64,000 nt of DNA from Actinomycetes bacterium (GTDB lineage: Bacteria; Actinomycetota; Acidimicrobiia; Spongiisociales; JAHEDJ01). The notes under the pieces were generated by a model. It was not told the origin of the DNA and made no database searches. It saw only the letters and a program-made list of their open reading frames with translations. The stretch spans positions 167,136-231,135 of the forward strand of contig JAHEDK010000002.1 of assembly GCA_024641245.1 (NCBI GenBank), given 5' to 3'. Below are positions 52,940-62,909 of this stretch, one piece after another (the first letter of the stretch is position 1; each line of letters starts with the position of its first letter). A program made the position numbers and the translations under genes.

Positions 52940-53935
52940 CTACGGCAGGCGGCCTGCTCCGTGGCAACTCACGCAGAGGGCATCCGGGATGTTCTTCAGC
53001 AAGTACGCCTTGGTAGACGTATGCGGATAGTCGAAGGATGTCCCATCATCGGGATTGCCGTGGCAGCGCGTGCAGCGCGGATGGTTGTTGTGCGTTTCCG
53101 AGTCCACTCTTGGCTCGTGGCACGATCCGCACCACGCATCCGACCCATCCCGTCCGTCCCACACCAGTGGTGCGTTGGCGAACTGGAAGTTCGGGTTGCG
53201 CGACAACAGCTTGTACCCGTAGGCGTACGAAGTGAAGGCATCACCGTCGGAGTCCTCGAGCGTCGCGTAAGCACAGGCAGCGTTGAATCCGTCTCCAAGC
53301 ACCACCGCGCCATCAGCGGCTGCGCACCAATGCCAGACACCTTCGGCCCCGTCGAAATCGAGGGCCAAAGGAGCACCCCTGCTACCAGCGGCAACAGTTG
53401 TGCCCTCATCGGCAGGGTATACCCACTTGTTGATCAATTGGCCGAAGTCACCGTGTGGCGTGTGGCAGGTGCCGCACGACAACGAGCCTTCGACGGCCGA
53501 GTTCGTAGTACGGCCGTCATACCCGAAAATGAACGCACCATCAGGGCTCACCGAAGCCCCCGGCGTGTGTCCGTTCCCCAGGTTGGAGCTGTACACAGCC
53601 CGATCCGAGGCGGTACCCGACGGCGCTGCCGCCGACCAACCAGGTCGCGGACCTGTGGGATCGGCGCCCATATAGCTATGGCAGGTCGCACAGACGGCCT
53701 CGATGCTGGACAACGCCATCAACGCGTAGGCGCCGGCGGCGTCGTGCACGTCGTGACACTGCAGGCAGAAGTCCGTCGAGGCGCTGTAGCCACCGTGGGG
53801 CGACACGTTGCCGTCATAGGGATCTCCTAGTGCTGGTGGCTCCGTCGGCGTCTGCGCGACGGCAGCCGTCATCGGCACCAACAACGCAGCCACCATGCAG
53901 ACAACGAGACCGACGGTTCGTATTCGTCGTCTCAA
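52940..53935 (-). CDS. Secreted hexaheme c-type cytochrome
   Basis: CLQCH, CATCH, CGTCH, CGSCH, CTRCH, CVSCH. Start taken at TTG 53935 (GGGAGGAGG SD 5 nt upstream), giving signal peptide LRRRIRTVGLVVCMVAALLVPMTAAVAQ. Alternative ATG at 53896. Confidence 0.7.
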   Translation of the reverse strand: MRRRIRTVGLVVCMVAALLVPMTAAVAQTPTEPPALGDPYDGNVSPHGGYSASTDFCLQCHDVHDAAGAYALMALSSIEAVCATCHSYMGADPTGPRPGWSAAAPSGTASDRAVYSSNLGNGHTPGASVSPDGAFIFGYDGRTTNSAVEGSLSCGTCHTPHGDFGQLINKWVYPADEGTTVAAGSRGAPLALDFDGAEGVWHWCAAADGAVVLGDGFNAACAYATLEDSDGDAFTSYAYGYKLLSRNPNFQFANAPLVWDGRDGSDAWCGSCHEPRVDSETHNNHPRCTRCHGNPDDGTSFDYPHTSTKAYLLKNIPDALCVSCHGAGRLP

Positions 53936-54249
53936 TTCACCCTCCTCCCGATCGGGCGCTAGCCCGACGTCATGGGAGCCGACCGCTCCCTCCAGTCCCT
54001 TTCCAAACCGTTCCCCGTGCCGCCCTGCGACTCGGGGTGCCCAATCAACGATCAGGATAATCAGACCTTTTAGGTCAAAATATGCCGATAGCACTTGGCG
54101 TATTCATCACTCTATGTGTTTGTCGACACGGCGTCAAGTTGGAGAAGGGCCCCATAACGACAGGGCCGTTCGGCCCTATCAACGAGGCACACCGCACTAC
54201 CGAAATCGGCCGGAACAGGTATTATTTATCTCAGGGTGGCGGAGGATAA

Positions 54250-55752
54250 TTGACCAAACTCGTCAAGTTTCGAGTAATGGGTGTATTTCGTCAGCGGATC
54301 GTGCTTGCGACCACGCTGAGCGTTTTCTTCGGCGTTCTCACGTTCCTGCCGGCTGCAGCCGGGCCCGGCCAACCCGCGGACGCAGCAGCAAGTTCGATGC
54401 CCCTCACAATCCTTGCGATGGCGCAGGCAGCTGAGTTCCCGGATCCCCACGGCCTCCTCAACGCCAACAGCAACGGGTGTCTCTCCTGCCACGACACACA
54501 CGACGCGCCCGGGCCGGCGTTGCTGGCAACTGCCACCGAAAAGGAAGCCTGCTACCGGTGTCACGATGGGAGCGGTGCCACGGCCAACATCCGGGCAGCA
54601 TTCGGTGAGTCGATACTCGGGGAGAGTACCCAACGTTCATACCATCCCCTCCCCCACGCGCTCGACGGATACTCGGTAACTTGTGGCGACTGCCACACGC
54701 CGCATCAGGCTCGATCCGAGTTCACGAAGCTCCTGCGTATCAACGACGGTTCCGGCGGCTGGGTCTACTCGCCGACCGACACACCGATTGGCAACACCTA
54801 CTGCTACCGGTGCCACGGCACCGATTCTCCATTCCCCGCACCATTCGGCGATCAGACCACGTTCGAGGGAGGCGTACACCAGGTGCTCGGTGGCGATCCT
54901 CCCTCGGGATCGGGCATCCAGTGCGTGAACTGTCACGACGGCCACGGTTCGGCCTACCCGGGCCTCTCGCAACAAGAGGCCACCTGCTTCACCTGCCACA
55001 ACACGGCAACGCCCAACACCAACCCCGATCTGCCCTTCGACACCACCGAACTCGAGTACGCCTTCACGGCCGTAGCCAACGACTACGACGCCACCGACGC
55101 CGACGGCTTGATTCGCATCTACCACCACCCCATCGGCGACGATGAACAAGACGGCGGGAGCCGTCGGGTCGAGTGCGCCTCATGCCACAACGCTCATCGA
55201 GTTGACCGCGACTACTCAGGAACTGGGAGCAAGATTTCGAATCCGGGAGACACCCGGGGGGACGTCGCCATTACGTGGACGGACGGCACGTTCACCCGGG
55301 GCACCATCTCACAGTTTTGCGTTGCGTGTCACCAGGACCCGGCCACGACCGCTCCAATCAACGCCGGCACCTGGGTCCCCTACGACATACGGCTCACCGA
55401 CGACTCAGCCGTCCTCAACGGGAGCGGCGGACCCCACGACACTTTCGACGCAACGTACTATTTCACCAACGAACGGTCTGACCACGGTGCGGGCGCCCAA
55501 CTCGCCTGCACCGCCTGCCACGACCCGCATGGCTCATCGAACGCCTACATGTTGCGCGAGAATGTGATCAGCCCTGGCGGAGCGGGTGTGCCCGCCGGCA
55601 CCGTCGGCCCTCGGGTGACCGGATTCGTCGATGAGGACACCCCAGAACAACAGACAATCCTCTCGGGCTTCTGTGGCAGCTGCCACGGCGATCACCACAC
55701 CCCCAACAGGCTCTGCACACAGTGCCACAATCACGGATCGCCGCGGTTCTGA
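54250..55752 (+). CDS. Secreted undecaheme c-type cytochrome
   Basis: 11 CxxCH (CLSCH, CYRCH, CGDCH, CYRCH, CVNCH, CFTCH, CASCH, CVACH, CTACH, CGSCH, CTQCH). TTG start with GGAGG SD and signal peptide. Alternative ATG at 54277. Confidence 0.75.
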   Translation: MTKLVKFRVMGVFRQRIVLATTLSVFFGVLTFLPAAAGPGQPADAAASSMPLTILAMAQAAEFPDPHGLLNANSNGCLSCHDTHDAPGPALLATATEKEACYRCHDGSGATANIRAAFGESILGESTQRSYHPLPHALDGYSVTCGDCHTPHQARSEFTKLLRINDGSGGWVYSPTDTPIGNTYCYRCHGTDSPFPAPFGDQTTFEGGVHQVLGGDPPSGSGIQCVNCHDGHGSAYPGLSQQEATCFTCHNTATPNTNPDLPFDTTELEYAFTAVANDYDATDADGLIRIYHHPIGDDEQDGGSRRVECASCHNAHRVDRDYSGTGSKISNPGDTRGDVAITWTDGTFTRGTISQFCVACHQDPATTAPINAGTWVPYDIRLTDDSAVLNGSGGPHDTFDATYYFTNERSDHGAGAQLACTACHDPHGSSNAYMLRENVISPGGAGVPAGTVGPRVTGFVDEDTPEQQTILSGFCGSCHGDHHTPNRLCTQCHNHGSPRF

Positions 55753-55936
55753 TGACAGACCCGACCTCCATCACCCGGCGAATGCCATTGGGCCCTACAG
55801 GACACAATTCGACCGCGGGTACCGTCGCGTTAGGACCCGCGGGTGCTGTCAGGAACCGCGGATTGGGCCACATGGGAGAGAGGCGAGGGCCCGCAATGGT
55901 TTGTGAATGCCGTGAGTGGTCGAGAGGGGGCCCACG

Positions 55937-56362
55937 GTGTTGATCACCCGCGAGGTCGACTACGCCGTGCGCTGTGTTCTCGACGTAGCCCGCACCGGGC
56001 ACACCTCCACCGGAGCAGTCGCCGAACGGGCCGGGATACCCCCATCGATCCTCGGGCGCATCGTGGCGGCTGTATCGAAAGCCGGCATACTCACTACCAG
56101 ACGAGGAGTCAAAGGCGGCATCGATCTTGCGCGCGATCCAAGCGAGATCAGCCTGCTTGACGTCATAGAGGCGGTGCAAGGTCCGCTCTTCGTCAACATC
56201 TGCTGCGAGCATCCCGAAACCTGTGACGCCGCTACCAACTGTCCGATCCGACCCGTCTGCGAGGACGCCTTCGACGAGCTGAGACGGGTCTTCTCGGTGA
56301 CCTACGACACATTGCTCAACGGCGGCCACGTTCCTCTCCGCCCGTTCGTCCAAGAGGAGTAG
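55937..56362 (+). CDS. Rrf2 family transcriptional regulator (IscR/NsrR-like, three conserved Cys)
   Basis: N-terminal wHTH (LITREVDYAVRCVLDVA). Cys triad (NICCEHPETCDAATNCPIRPVC), the spacing of Fe-S-binding Rrf2 proteins. Confidence 0.75.
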   Translation: MLITREVDYAVRCVLDVARTGHTSTGAVAERAGIPPSILGRIVAAVSKAGILTTRRGVKGGIDLARDPSEISLLDVIEAVQGPLFVNICCEHPETCDAATNCPIRPVCEDAFDELRRVFSVTYDTLLNGGHVPLRPFVQEE

Positions 56363-56423
56363 GCGTGTATTACCTGGGGACCATTGCGGCCTATAGCGCA
56401 CCCCATCTCGTCGGGTTTTCGCG

Positions 56424-57296
56424 ATGAAGCGACGAACCCAGCTTTACGCGCTCGGCGGACTCCTCATTGTTGTTTCGTTTGCCGCCTGGCGGTTGACGGA
56501 CGATCCGGCAATCGAACCACCGCTGATCCCGATCGCAGCAACCGCCGTGGTCGCAGACTCCGACTTCGACGCGTGCCTCGAGTGCCACGACGACATCGAG
56601 CAATCCCTCCAAGCCGGACTGGTGCAACTCATCGGATTTCGACACGAAGAGCACTTCTCGAATTCCGGCGACGTCGGTTGCGGCAACTGCCACGGTCTCG
56701 ACACGCACGATCGCACCCCGCCGCAGGCACCGACCATGGAGGATTGTTTTTCGTGCCACCTCGACGCCGGGCCGGCTGCCGAGTTGCCGTGTCTCCGCTG
56801 TCACGACAACGCCACTGTGCCACCGCCGCAGAGCCACTTCACCTCAGAGTGGCGCGACGTTCACGGCTCCGGCGCCCTGCTCAGCCAGTCGCTGTGCGAG
56901 ACCTGCCACTCGCGACAAGATTTCTGCACGGCGTGCCACGGTGTCGATATTCCGCATCCAGACGGATGGACCGGCTATCCACACGCACGTGCGACGTTCG
57001 ATTCGGGCATCGAGTCGTGTGCACGCTGCCACGAGCGCGGTCCGGAACTGACGGCTCGCGACGAATGTGACGGCTGCCACCATCCGCAGAACCCCGCAGA
57101 ACCCATCTGGAAGGATGCTCACCCAGAGGTGGTCCGAAGCCAGGGTGGCTCGACGTGCTTCGAGTGCCACGACCCCAACACATGCGCCACATGTCACACA
57201 TCGGGAGTTGAAGACTTCTCCGCCGATCTCAACCGGCTCGAAGTGCCCGGCCCACCAAAGGTCACGGAGTCACCGCCCGAGGACGGTGACTCGTGA
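56424..57296 (+). CDS. Membrane-anchored decaheme c-type cytochrome
   Basis: N-terminal TM helix. 10 CxxCH (CLECH, CGNCH, CFSCH, CLRCH, CETCH, CTACH, CARCH, CDGCH, CFECH, CATCH). Confidence 0.8.
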   Translation: MKRRTQLYALGGLLIVVSFAAWRLTDDPAIEPPLIPIAATAVVADSDFDACLECHDDIEQSLQAGLVQLIGFRHEEHFSNSGDVGCGNCHGLDTHDRTPPQAPTMEDCFSCHLDAGPAAELPCLRCHDNATVPPPQSHFTSEWRDVHGSGALLSQSLCETCHSRQDFCTACHGVDIPHPDGWTGYPHARATFDSGIESCARCHERGPELTARDECDGCHHPQNPAEPIWKDAHPEVVRSQGGSTCFECHDPNTCATCHTSGVEDFSADLNRLEVPGPPKVTESPPEDGDS

Positions 57297-58309
57297 GTCT
57301 GTCCCCGGTACCCATCGGACCGGCGGGACGCTCGCCCGGAATCCCATTCCCGGCACCACCGACCGCCCTCCGGCGATTCTCAACGCAACCACCGCCACCT
57401 CCCGACGGCGAGCCATCTCGCCGTCCCGAGCTTCGTGCCCTCGGTGACGGGGCGGGCTCGGGAAGGGACAACAGGGCATCGGAGCCACGCGGGTCTCGCT
57501 GGCTTCGGCGCCTCGTCATCATCGTCGCGACCGTCGGCGCCCTCGTATTCGTCGCCTCCTGGAGCTACGCCTCGTCATCGCGCAACATGTGCGGAAGCTG
57601 TCATAGCGTCTCGGCGGCTGCAGAATCCGCCGGTGATTCGGTGCACGCAGATATCCCGTGCCTCGCCTGCCACAGGCAAGCGGGCATCGTCGGAGCGTTC
57701 ACCTACCTCCCTGTGCTGCTGCGCGAGTCTGTTCACGAGCTGACTGGACTCTCTATCGCCGAAGGAGTGCTCGACCCCGTCGGATGTGGTTCTTGTCACT
57801 CTTTCCTATCCGACGCGGCGGCGCGAGGCGATCATCCGGACGAGACAGCAGAATGCTCGTCCTGCCACGGCAACGTAGCCCACCCGGGAGCCGGGACGGC
57901 TCCGGAAGGGGACGGCCATCCGTCCGGGTTCTTCGCTTTCCACGGCCGGGATTCCGTCGCTTCGCCCGGATCATGCGCAGAATGCCATAAGAACGACTTC
58001 TGCTCGGCCTGCCACTTCCGCACGGAGTATCCGCATCCGGAAACCTGGACGTCGCTCCATGGTCCGGCGTCAATCGAAGGCGGCCCCGCTGCTTGTGTGA
58101 TGTGCCACGAGCCCACGTACTGTTCGAGCTGTCACGGCGCCGACATCCCCCATCCGGACAACTGGTTCGAGATCCATCATCGGGCAACCGACCCGGCAGT
58201 CGGGTCGGCCTGCCTATCGTGCCATGCAGCCTCCGAGTGCTCCTCCTGCCACGTCCGGCACTCAGTTCACAACGAGCAAGGGCTCTACCAGTGGGACCTC
58301 AAGCCATGA
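57293..58309 (+). CDS. NapC/NirT-like membrane-anchored decaheme c-type cytochrome (candidate quinol dehydrogenase)
   Basis: GTG overlaps the upstream stop. TM helix, then SSRNMCGSCH...CLACH, typical of NapC/NirT N-termini. 10 CxxCH in total. Confidence 0.75.
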   Translation: MSLSPVPIGPAGRSPGIPFPAPPTALRRFSTQPPPPPDGEPSRRPELRALGDGAGSGRDNRASEPRGSRWLRRLVIIVATVGALVFVASWSYASSSRNMCGSCHSVSAAAESAGDSVHADIPCLACHRQAGIVGAFTYLPVLLRESVHELTGLSIAEGVLDPVGCGSCHSFLSDAAARGDHPDETAECSSCHGNVAHPGAGTAPEGDGHPSGFFAFHGRDSVASPGSCAECHKNDFCSACHFRTEYPHPETWTSLHGPASIEGGPAACVMCHEPTYCSSCHGADIPHPDNWFEIHHRATDPAVGSACLSCHAASECSSCHVRHSVHNEQGLYQWDLKP

Positions 58310-59157
58310 AAGGCATCCGGGTGCTCATGACTGTGGTCCTCACTCTCGTACTCGCTGAGGTGACGCTCGTGGCCTTCGTGACCTTCTCCGAGGATGCCCG
58401 GGGCGCGGTCACCGACGCGTGGGCCAAGACCGTGAACGCGTGGGCCGGCTCGGAGGAGCGGGCAGGCAATTTCGAGCTGCTCCTGTCGTCTGCAGACGAG
58501 TTCGCTGCTGAATGGGTCCAGCCATTGTGGAGCGCGCCGGAGGCGGCTCCGGCCGGCACCGGATTCTCCGAATGCGTGACCTGCCACACGGATTACGCCG
58601 AACGTCGCCTGTTCACCGGCGTCTTCATGAATCATCCACTGCATTCGGAGTTGGGAATCGCGTGCGCCGAATGCCACACCGACGTTGCGCATCCCCTCCC
58701 TCTCCCTCCGGCCGAAGAGACTTGTGCAGGGTGCCACAATCAAGTCGAACGAGACGGCCCGGCCTCCGACTGTAGCTATTGCCACAAACCTGGCTCGCTG
58801 GCGCACTATCAGTCACTTGGCGTTCCCGACGGAGCCGCCAACTGCAGCACCTGCCACCTTCCGGATTCGTTCGGGCACACCGATCAGCACGCCTTGACGG
58901 TTACTCCAAGCTTCGATGGAACCGATTCCGCCGTCTGCCTCAACTGCCATCAGGCGGCCGCCTGCGCTCGATGCCATGATTCCTCCCACCCGGCCGACTG
59001 GGTATCCCTTCACGGCGCAGAGGTCCAGGACGCCGGTACCGGCGCCGGCTCCTGCGCGGCGTGTCATTCGACAAACTGGTGCGCTGGAGCCTGCCACCTG
59101 AGTGGAACTCTCCAGGGCGGCAGGCTGCTCCCCCTACCGATCGGAGACGATGACTGA
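58306..59157 (+). CDS. Membrane-anchored octa/nonaheme c-type cytochrome
   Basis: ATGA overlap. N-terminal TM helix. 8 CxxCH plus one CxxxCH (CAGACH). Confidence 0.75.
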   Translation: MKGIRVLMTVVLTLVLAEVTLVAFVTFSEDARGAVTDAWAKTVNAWAGSEERAGNFELLLSSADEFAAEWVQPLWSAPEAAPAGTGFSECVTCHTDYAERRLFTGVFMNHPLHSELGIACAECHTDVAHPLPLPPAEETCAGCHNQVERDGPASDCSYCHKPGSLAHYQSLGVPDGAANCSTCHLPDSFGHTDQHALTVTPSFDGTDSAVCLNCHQAAACARCHDSSHPADWVSLHGAEVQDAGTGAGSCAACHSTNWCAGACHLSGTLQGGRLLPLPIGDDD

Positions 59158-59819
59158 TGGCGAATCGACGAACCTTGCTCGTGCTCGTGGGCACGATCGG
59201 TGCGGTGGCAGCTGCTGCGGCCATCTGGATCGTAGGCGGCGCCGATCCGGATCCACTCATCGCCGAGGTGGATGGGATTCCGATCCGGCAATCACAAGCG
59301 GACTCGCGGATTGAAGGCATCGCCTCGATTCACGGCGACATCACGACGACGCTCGGTAGCGAGTGGAGAGCCACCGTGCTGCAGTCCCTCGTCGATGACG
59401 TGATCGTTCAGATCGAAGCCGACCGGAGATCCCTCGAACCGACCGATGCCGATCTCGAACAAGCAGTCGCCGATACCAAGGCAATGGTGGGTACCGATGC
59501 GGACTGGGAGATCTGGCTTACGGACCAGGGGCTCGACGACGAGGAAGTTGAGCGGCGCCTGACCACCCAGATCAGGACCAACCGTGTGTACGACGCGGTC
59601 ACCGCCGATGTGACTATCGCGCGCACCGACCTCGAGGCCTACTACGAGGCGAACCTCGACCAGTTCACCGTCGACGGCGCCGTCAGAGAACTCTCCGAGG
59701 TCGAAGAGCAAATCAAGGTGGCCGTTGAAAGCATGATGCGAGATCGCGTCTACGCCGAGTGGATCGACGCCCGCCGGGCCGAAGTCATCCTGGAGGTGGT
59801 GCACGATGACTGGCGATAG
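59157..59819 (+). CDS. SurA-N-like membrane-anchored chaperone domain protein
   Basis: Overlaps the upstream stop by 1 nt. Signal-anchor, then an acidic helical domain resembling the SurA N-terminal chaperone region. No PPIase domain seen. Confidence 0.45.
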   Translation: MANRRTLLVLVGTIGAVAAAAAIWIVGGADPDPLIAEVDGIPIRQSQADSRIEGIASIHGDITTTLGSEWRATVLQSLVDDVIVQIEADRRSLEPTDADLEQAVADTKAMVGTDADWEIWLTDQGLDDEEVERRLTTQIRTNRVYDAVTADVTIARTDLEAYYEANLDQFTVDGAVRELSEVEEQIKVAVESMMRDRVYAEWIDARRAEVILEVVHDDWR

Positions 59820-60480
59820 GCAACCCGCCGACAGGGAGCAGAATGTCAACGTCCTCCTGGTCATTGTCGGCTTGTTGACGCTCCTCGTGGTCGGGCTCGG
59901 TGCAGCCGTTGTCTTCATCCAACTCAACTCCGATCCGGTCCCCCAGACGGTTGCCGAACGGGACCTCAATCTCTGGCTGCGCCTCGCCGACGACAATCCT
60001 GATGCCGTATGGGCACAGGTCGGCCTGGGGCAAGCACACCTGGCAGGCCAGGATATGGAGGCCGCCCGGGCTGCCTTCGCAGCGGCCCTGGCCATCGATC
60101 CGGCTTCGCCGGAAGCACTGTTCCAGATGGGGCTCCTCGTCCGAGCAGAGGATCCGAATCTGGCCGTCGATTACCTTCGGCGAGCCGTCGAAGCCGCAAC
60201 GGGAGCAGACAAGGCGCGCCCGAACCTGGCGCTCGGAGATCTTCTGATGGAGCGAGGCGACTGGGAAGCGGCGCGGCTGGCCTATGAGTCGTCCATAGCC
60301 AATCTCCCCTTCCTATTGCCCGCGCACCTGGGACTTGCCCGGTCCCTCGAAGCGCTCGGTGACTCCGACGGTGCCCTTGCCGCCTACCTCCAGGCCTCGG
60401 CCTTCGATCCGACGGATCCCGAGATCAAGGAGGCGATCACTCGCCTCGGAGGCACCCAACCCGAGACAACGAACCCGTAG
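59806..60480 (+). CDS. Membrane-anchored TPR repeat protein
   Basis: TM helix, then three or four TPR-like repeats (AQVGLGQAHLAGQDMEAARAAFAAALAIDP...). Confidence 0.55.
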   Translation: MTGDRQPADREQNVNVLLVIVGLLTLLVVGLGAAVVFIQLNSDPVPQTVAERDLNLWLRLADDNPDAVWAQVGLGQAHLAGQDMEAARAAFAAALAIDPASPEALFQMGLLVRAEDPNLAVDYLRRAVEAATGADKARPNLALGDLLMERGDWEAARLAYESSIANLPFLLPAHLGLARSLEALGDSDGALAAYLQASAFDPTDPEIKEAITRLGGTQPETTNP

Positions 60481-60488
60481 GAGCACCG

Positions 60489-61655
60489 ATGGACAGACCA
60501 CCACCAGGACCGATTGCGCACCAGCCACCGCCGTCTCCAGCGCCGGAATCGGGCAATGCCACCCAGACCACTCGCCGCCTAATGATCGGCATGATCATCG
60601 TGCTGTCACTCGCTGCCATCGGCCTGCTCATCCTCCTCCTGTTGCTCCTTCGATCCGGGGAGGAGCCCCAGTCGCTGGCGATGCCCGACGATTGCCCGCT
60701 CGACATCTCCCGCTCGGTATACGGATACGGAGCGGAGTTGGATCAGTTGCTCAACAAGCCGCTGGCCGTCACATTCGACGGCAGTGAGAACCTCTGGGTC
60801 TCCGATACCGGGAACGGGCGGGTCCTGGCACTCGACACCGATGGGAACCTTCTCAGAATCATCGGCACCGAGGAGGGGGCCGGCCGAATGTTCAGCCCGT
60901 ATGGCCTCGCCTTCGATGAGACCTACCAACGGCTCTACGTTGCCGACTGGACAGCCCGATTCGTGTTCATCTATTCGCCGGACGGGCGGTACATCGAGCG
61001 CATACCCGCAGATGACCAGGATTTGACGATCTTCGGCGAAGCCGGGTTCACGCCGTTCCATGTCGAGGTATGGGGGGCGCAGATAATCGTCTCCAGCAAC
61101 GATGGGCTGTATTTCTTCGACCGGGCGGGGCATGTCACCGACCACTGGGGCCAACGTGGGGCTGAGGCCGGGGAGTTTGCGTTCCCCGATGCCTTCGACA
61201 TCGACCGCACCGCCGGAACGTTCTACGTCGCGGACACTCTCAATCGTCGGGTCGTCGCACTCGATTCCGCAGGCGAAGTCCTGTGGATCTCCGGCCGGCC
61301 AGACCAGGCAGGGGCAATCACCGGGTTCTGGCAGCTCCCGCGGTCTATCACCGTCGGGCAGGACGGAAATGTGTACGTCGTCGACACATTCAGGGCGCAG
61401 GAGAAGTGCTCCGGGATGGGACACGTTGTGGTGCTCGATCCCGGCGGCGAACTCGTCTCCGAATTTGGAGCGGCCGGCAGCCAGGAATGGGCGTTCAGTT
61501 TCCCGGAGAAGCTCGCAATCGGTCCAAACGGTACATTCGGGCTCGCTGACCGAGAAAAGGGTCGCGTGGTGGTGTTCGACGTTGGACAGCTTCCACCGGC
61601 CGACGAGTCCGAGGCGGACAAGTACCTGCAATCGTTCACCCGCTTCGATGATTGA
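60489..61655 (+). CDS. Membrane-anchored NHL-repeat (six-bladed beta-propeller) protein
   Basis: Leucine-rich TM helix, then repeated NHL-like blades (NLWVSDTGNGRVLALD; RLYVADWTARFVFIYS; TFYVADTLNRRVVALD; NVYVVDTF...; RVVVFD). Confidence 0.65.
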   Translation: MDRPPPGPIAHQPPPSPAPESGNATQTTRRLMIGMIIVLSLAAIGLLILLLLLLRSGEEPQSLAMPDDCPLDISRSVYGYGAELDQLLNKPLAVTFDGSENLWVSDTGNGRVLALDTDGNLLRIIGTEEGAGRMFSPYGLAFDETYQRLYVADWTARFVFIYSPDGRYIERIPADDQDLTIFGEAGFTPFHVEVWGAQIIVSSNDGLYFFDRAGHVTDHWGQRGAEAGEFAFPDAFDIDRTAGTFYVADTLNRRVVALDSAGEVLWISGRPDQAGAITGFWQLPRSITVGQDGNVYVVDTFRAQEKCSGMGHVVVLDPGGELVSEFGAAGSQEWAFSFPEKLAIGPNGTFGLADREKGRVVVFDVGQLPPADESEADKYLQSFTRFDD

Positions 61656-61799
61656 GGGTGACGGACCCGGGCCGAAGGCCCAATCATCAAAGGTGTTCCT
61701 GACCCTTTAGTAAGTGACTCAGGTCCCTGGAGCGGCCGGCAGGTCATGCGATAGCTTGACGAGGAGAGATCGGACCAACAACCGATCCCGGAGAGATCG

Positions 61800-62909
61800 A
61801 TGCGCACCAAGCTGCAAGGGTTCGCTCTGTGGGGGATGCTGTTCTTTGCCGTCGTCGGACTCACGGCCCTGTCGGCCGACCCGGCCTCAGCGCAGGATTC
61901 CGCCGACTCGGAAGTCAACAACTACTGCCTGGGATGCCACGAATCCGGGAACATCATTCTCACGTTCCCGTCGGGGGAGATGCTTCCCGCCGTGGTGCCG
62001 CGTACCGTTTTCGACGCCTCTATCCACGGTCAGGTCGGCCTCACCTGCATCGCCTGTCATACCGATATCGGGCAGTACCCACACGACCCCATGTCGGCCG
62101 TCACCCGGCGAGACCTGGCGATCGAGTTGTACACCACGTGCTTCAACTGCCACGAGAGCGAATACACCGACACGCTCGACAACATGCACACCGAAGCTCT
62201 CGCCGGCGGCAACCGGGAAGCCGCCGTCTGCACCGACTGCCACGGCGCTCACAACGTCACCCACCCCAGCGTCGACACAACGGCCATCCCGCGCACCTGC
62301 CGGAACTGCCACTCCGAGATCTACGACCTGTACGCCGGCAGCATCCACGGTGCCGCCCTACTCGAACACGACAATCAGGACGTTCCAAGCTGCACGAGTT
62401 GTCACGGCGTCCACAGTGTTGAAGGACCCTCGCACTCGCAATTCCACCTGTTCTCACCGAAAATCTGCGAGGACTGCCACGCCGATGAAGCTCTCATGGG
62501 CAAGTACGGGATCAGCACGGCGGTCTTCGACACCTACGTAGCCGATTTCCACGGCACGACGGTCATGCTCTTCGAGGAACTGGCGCCCGACCAGAAGACC
62601 AACTCGCCGGTCTGTATCGACTGCCACGGCGTGCACAACATCCTGGCCGCCAACGAGGTCGACTCGACCGTCTACAAGGAGAACCTGCTCCTCACCTGTC
62701 AGCGGTGCCACCCAGACGCCACCGCCAACTTCCCCGACTCGTGGATGAAGCACTACCAACCGACCTCCGACCAGGCGGTCCTTGTCTGGCTGGTCAATTG
62801 GTTCTACCGACTCGTCATCCCCGGCGTCGTGGGGGGCATGCTCGTCTGGGTGACGATCGACGGCATTCGCCACTTGCAGCATCGACGGAAGGCGGCCGAG
62901 AGTGTCTGA
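61800..62909 (+). CDS. Nonaheme c-type cytochrome with signal peptide and C-terminal TM anchor (CbcL periplasmic-domain-like)
   Basis: 9 CxxCH (CLGCH, CIACH, CFNCH, CTDCH, CRNCH, CTSCH, CEDCH, CIDCH, CQRCH). C-terminal helix WLVNWFYRLVIPGVVGGMLVWV. Confidence 0.8.
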   Translation: MRTKLQGFALWGMLFFAVVGLTALSADPASAQDSADSEVNNYCLGCHESGNIILTFPSGEMLPAVVPRTVFDASIHGQVGLTCIACHTDIGQYPHDPMSAVTRRDLAIELYTTCFNCHESEYTDTLDNMHTEALAGGNREAAVCTDCHGAHNVTHPSVDTTAIPRTCRNCHSEIYDLYAGSIHGAALLEHDNQDVPSCTSCHGVHSVEGPSHSQFHLFSPKICEDCHADEALMGKYGISTAVFDTYVADFHGTTVMLFEELAPDQKTNSPVCIDCHGVHNILAANEVDSTVYKENLLLTCQRCHPDATANFPDSWMKHYQPTSDQAVLVWLVNWFYRLVIPGVVGGMLVWVTIDGIRHLQHRRKAAESV

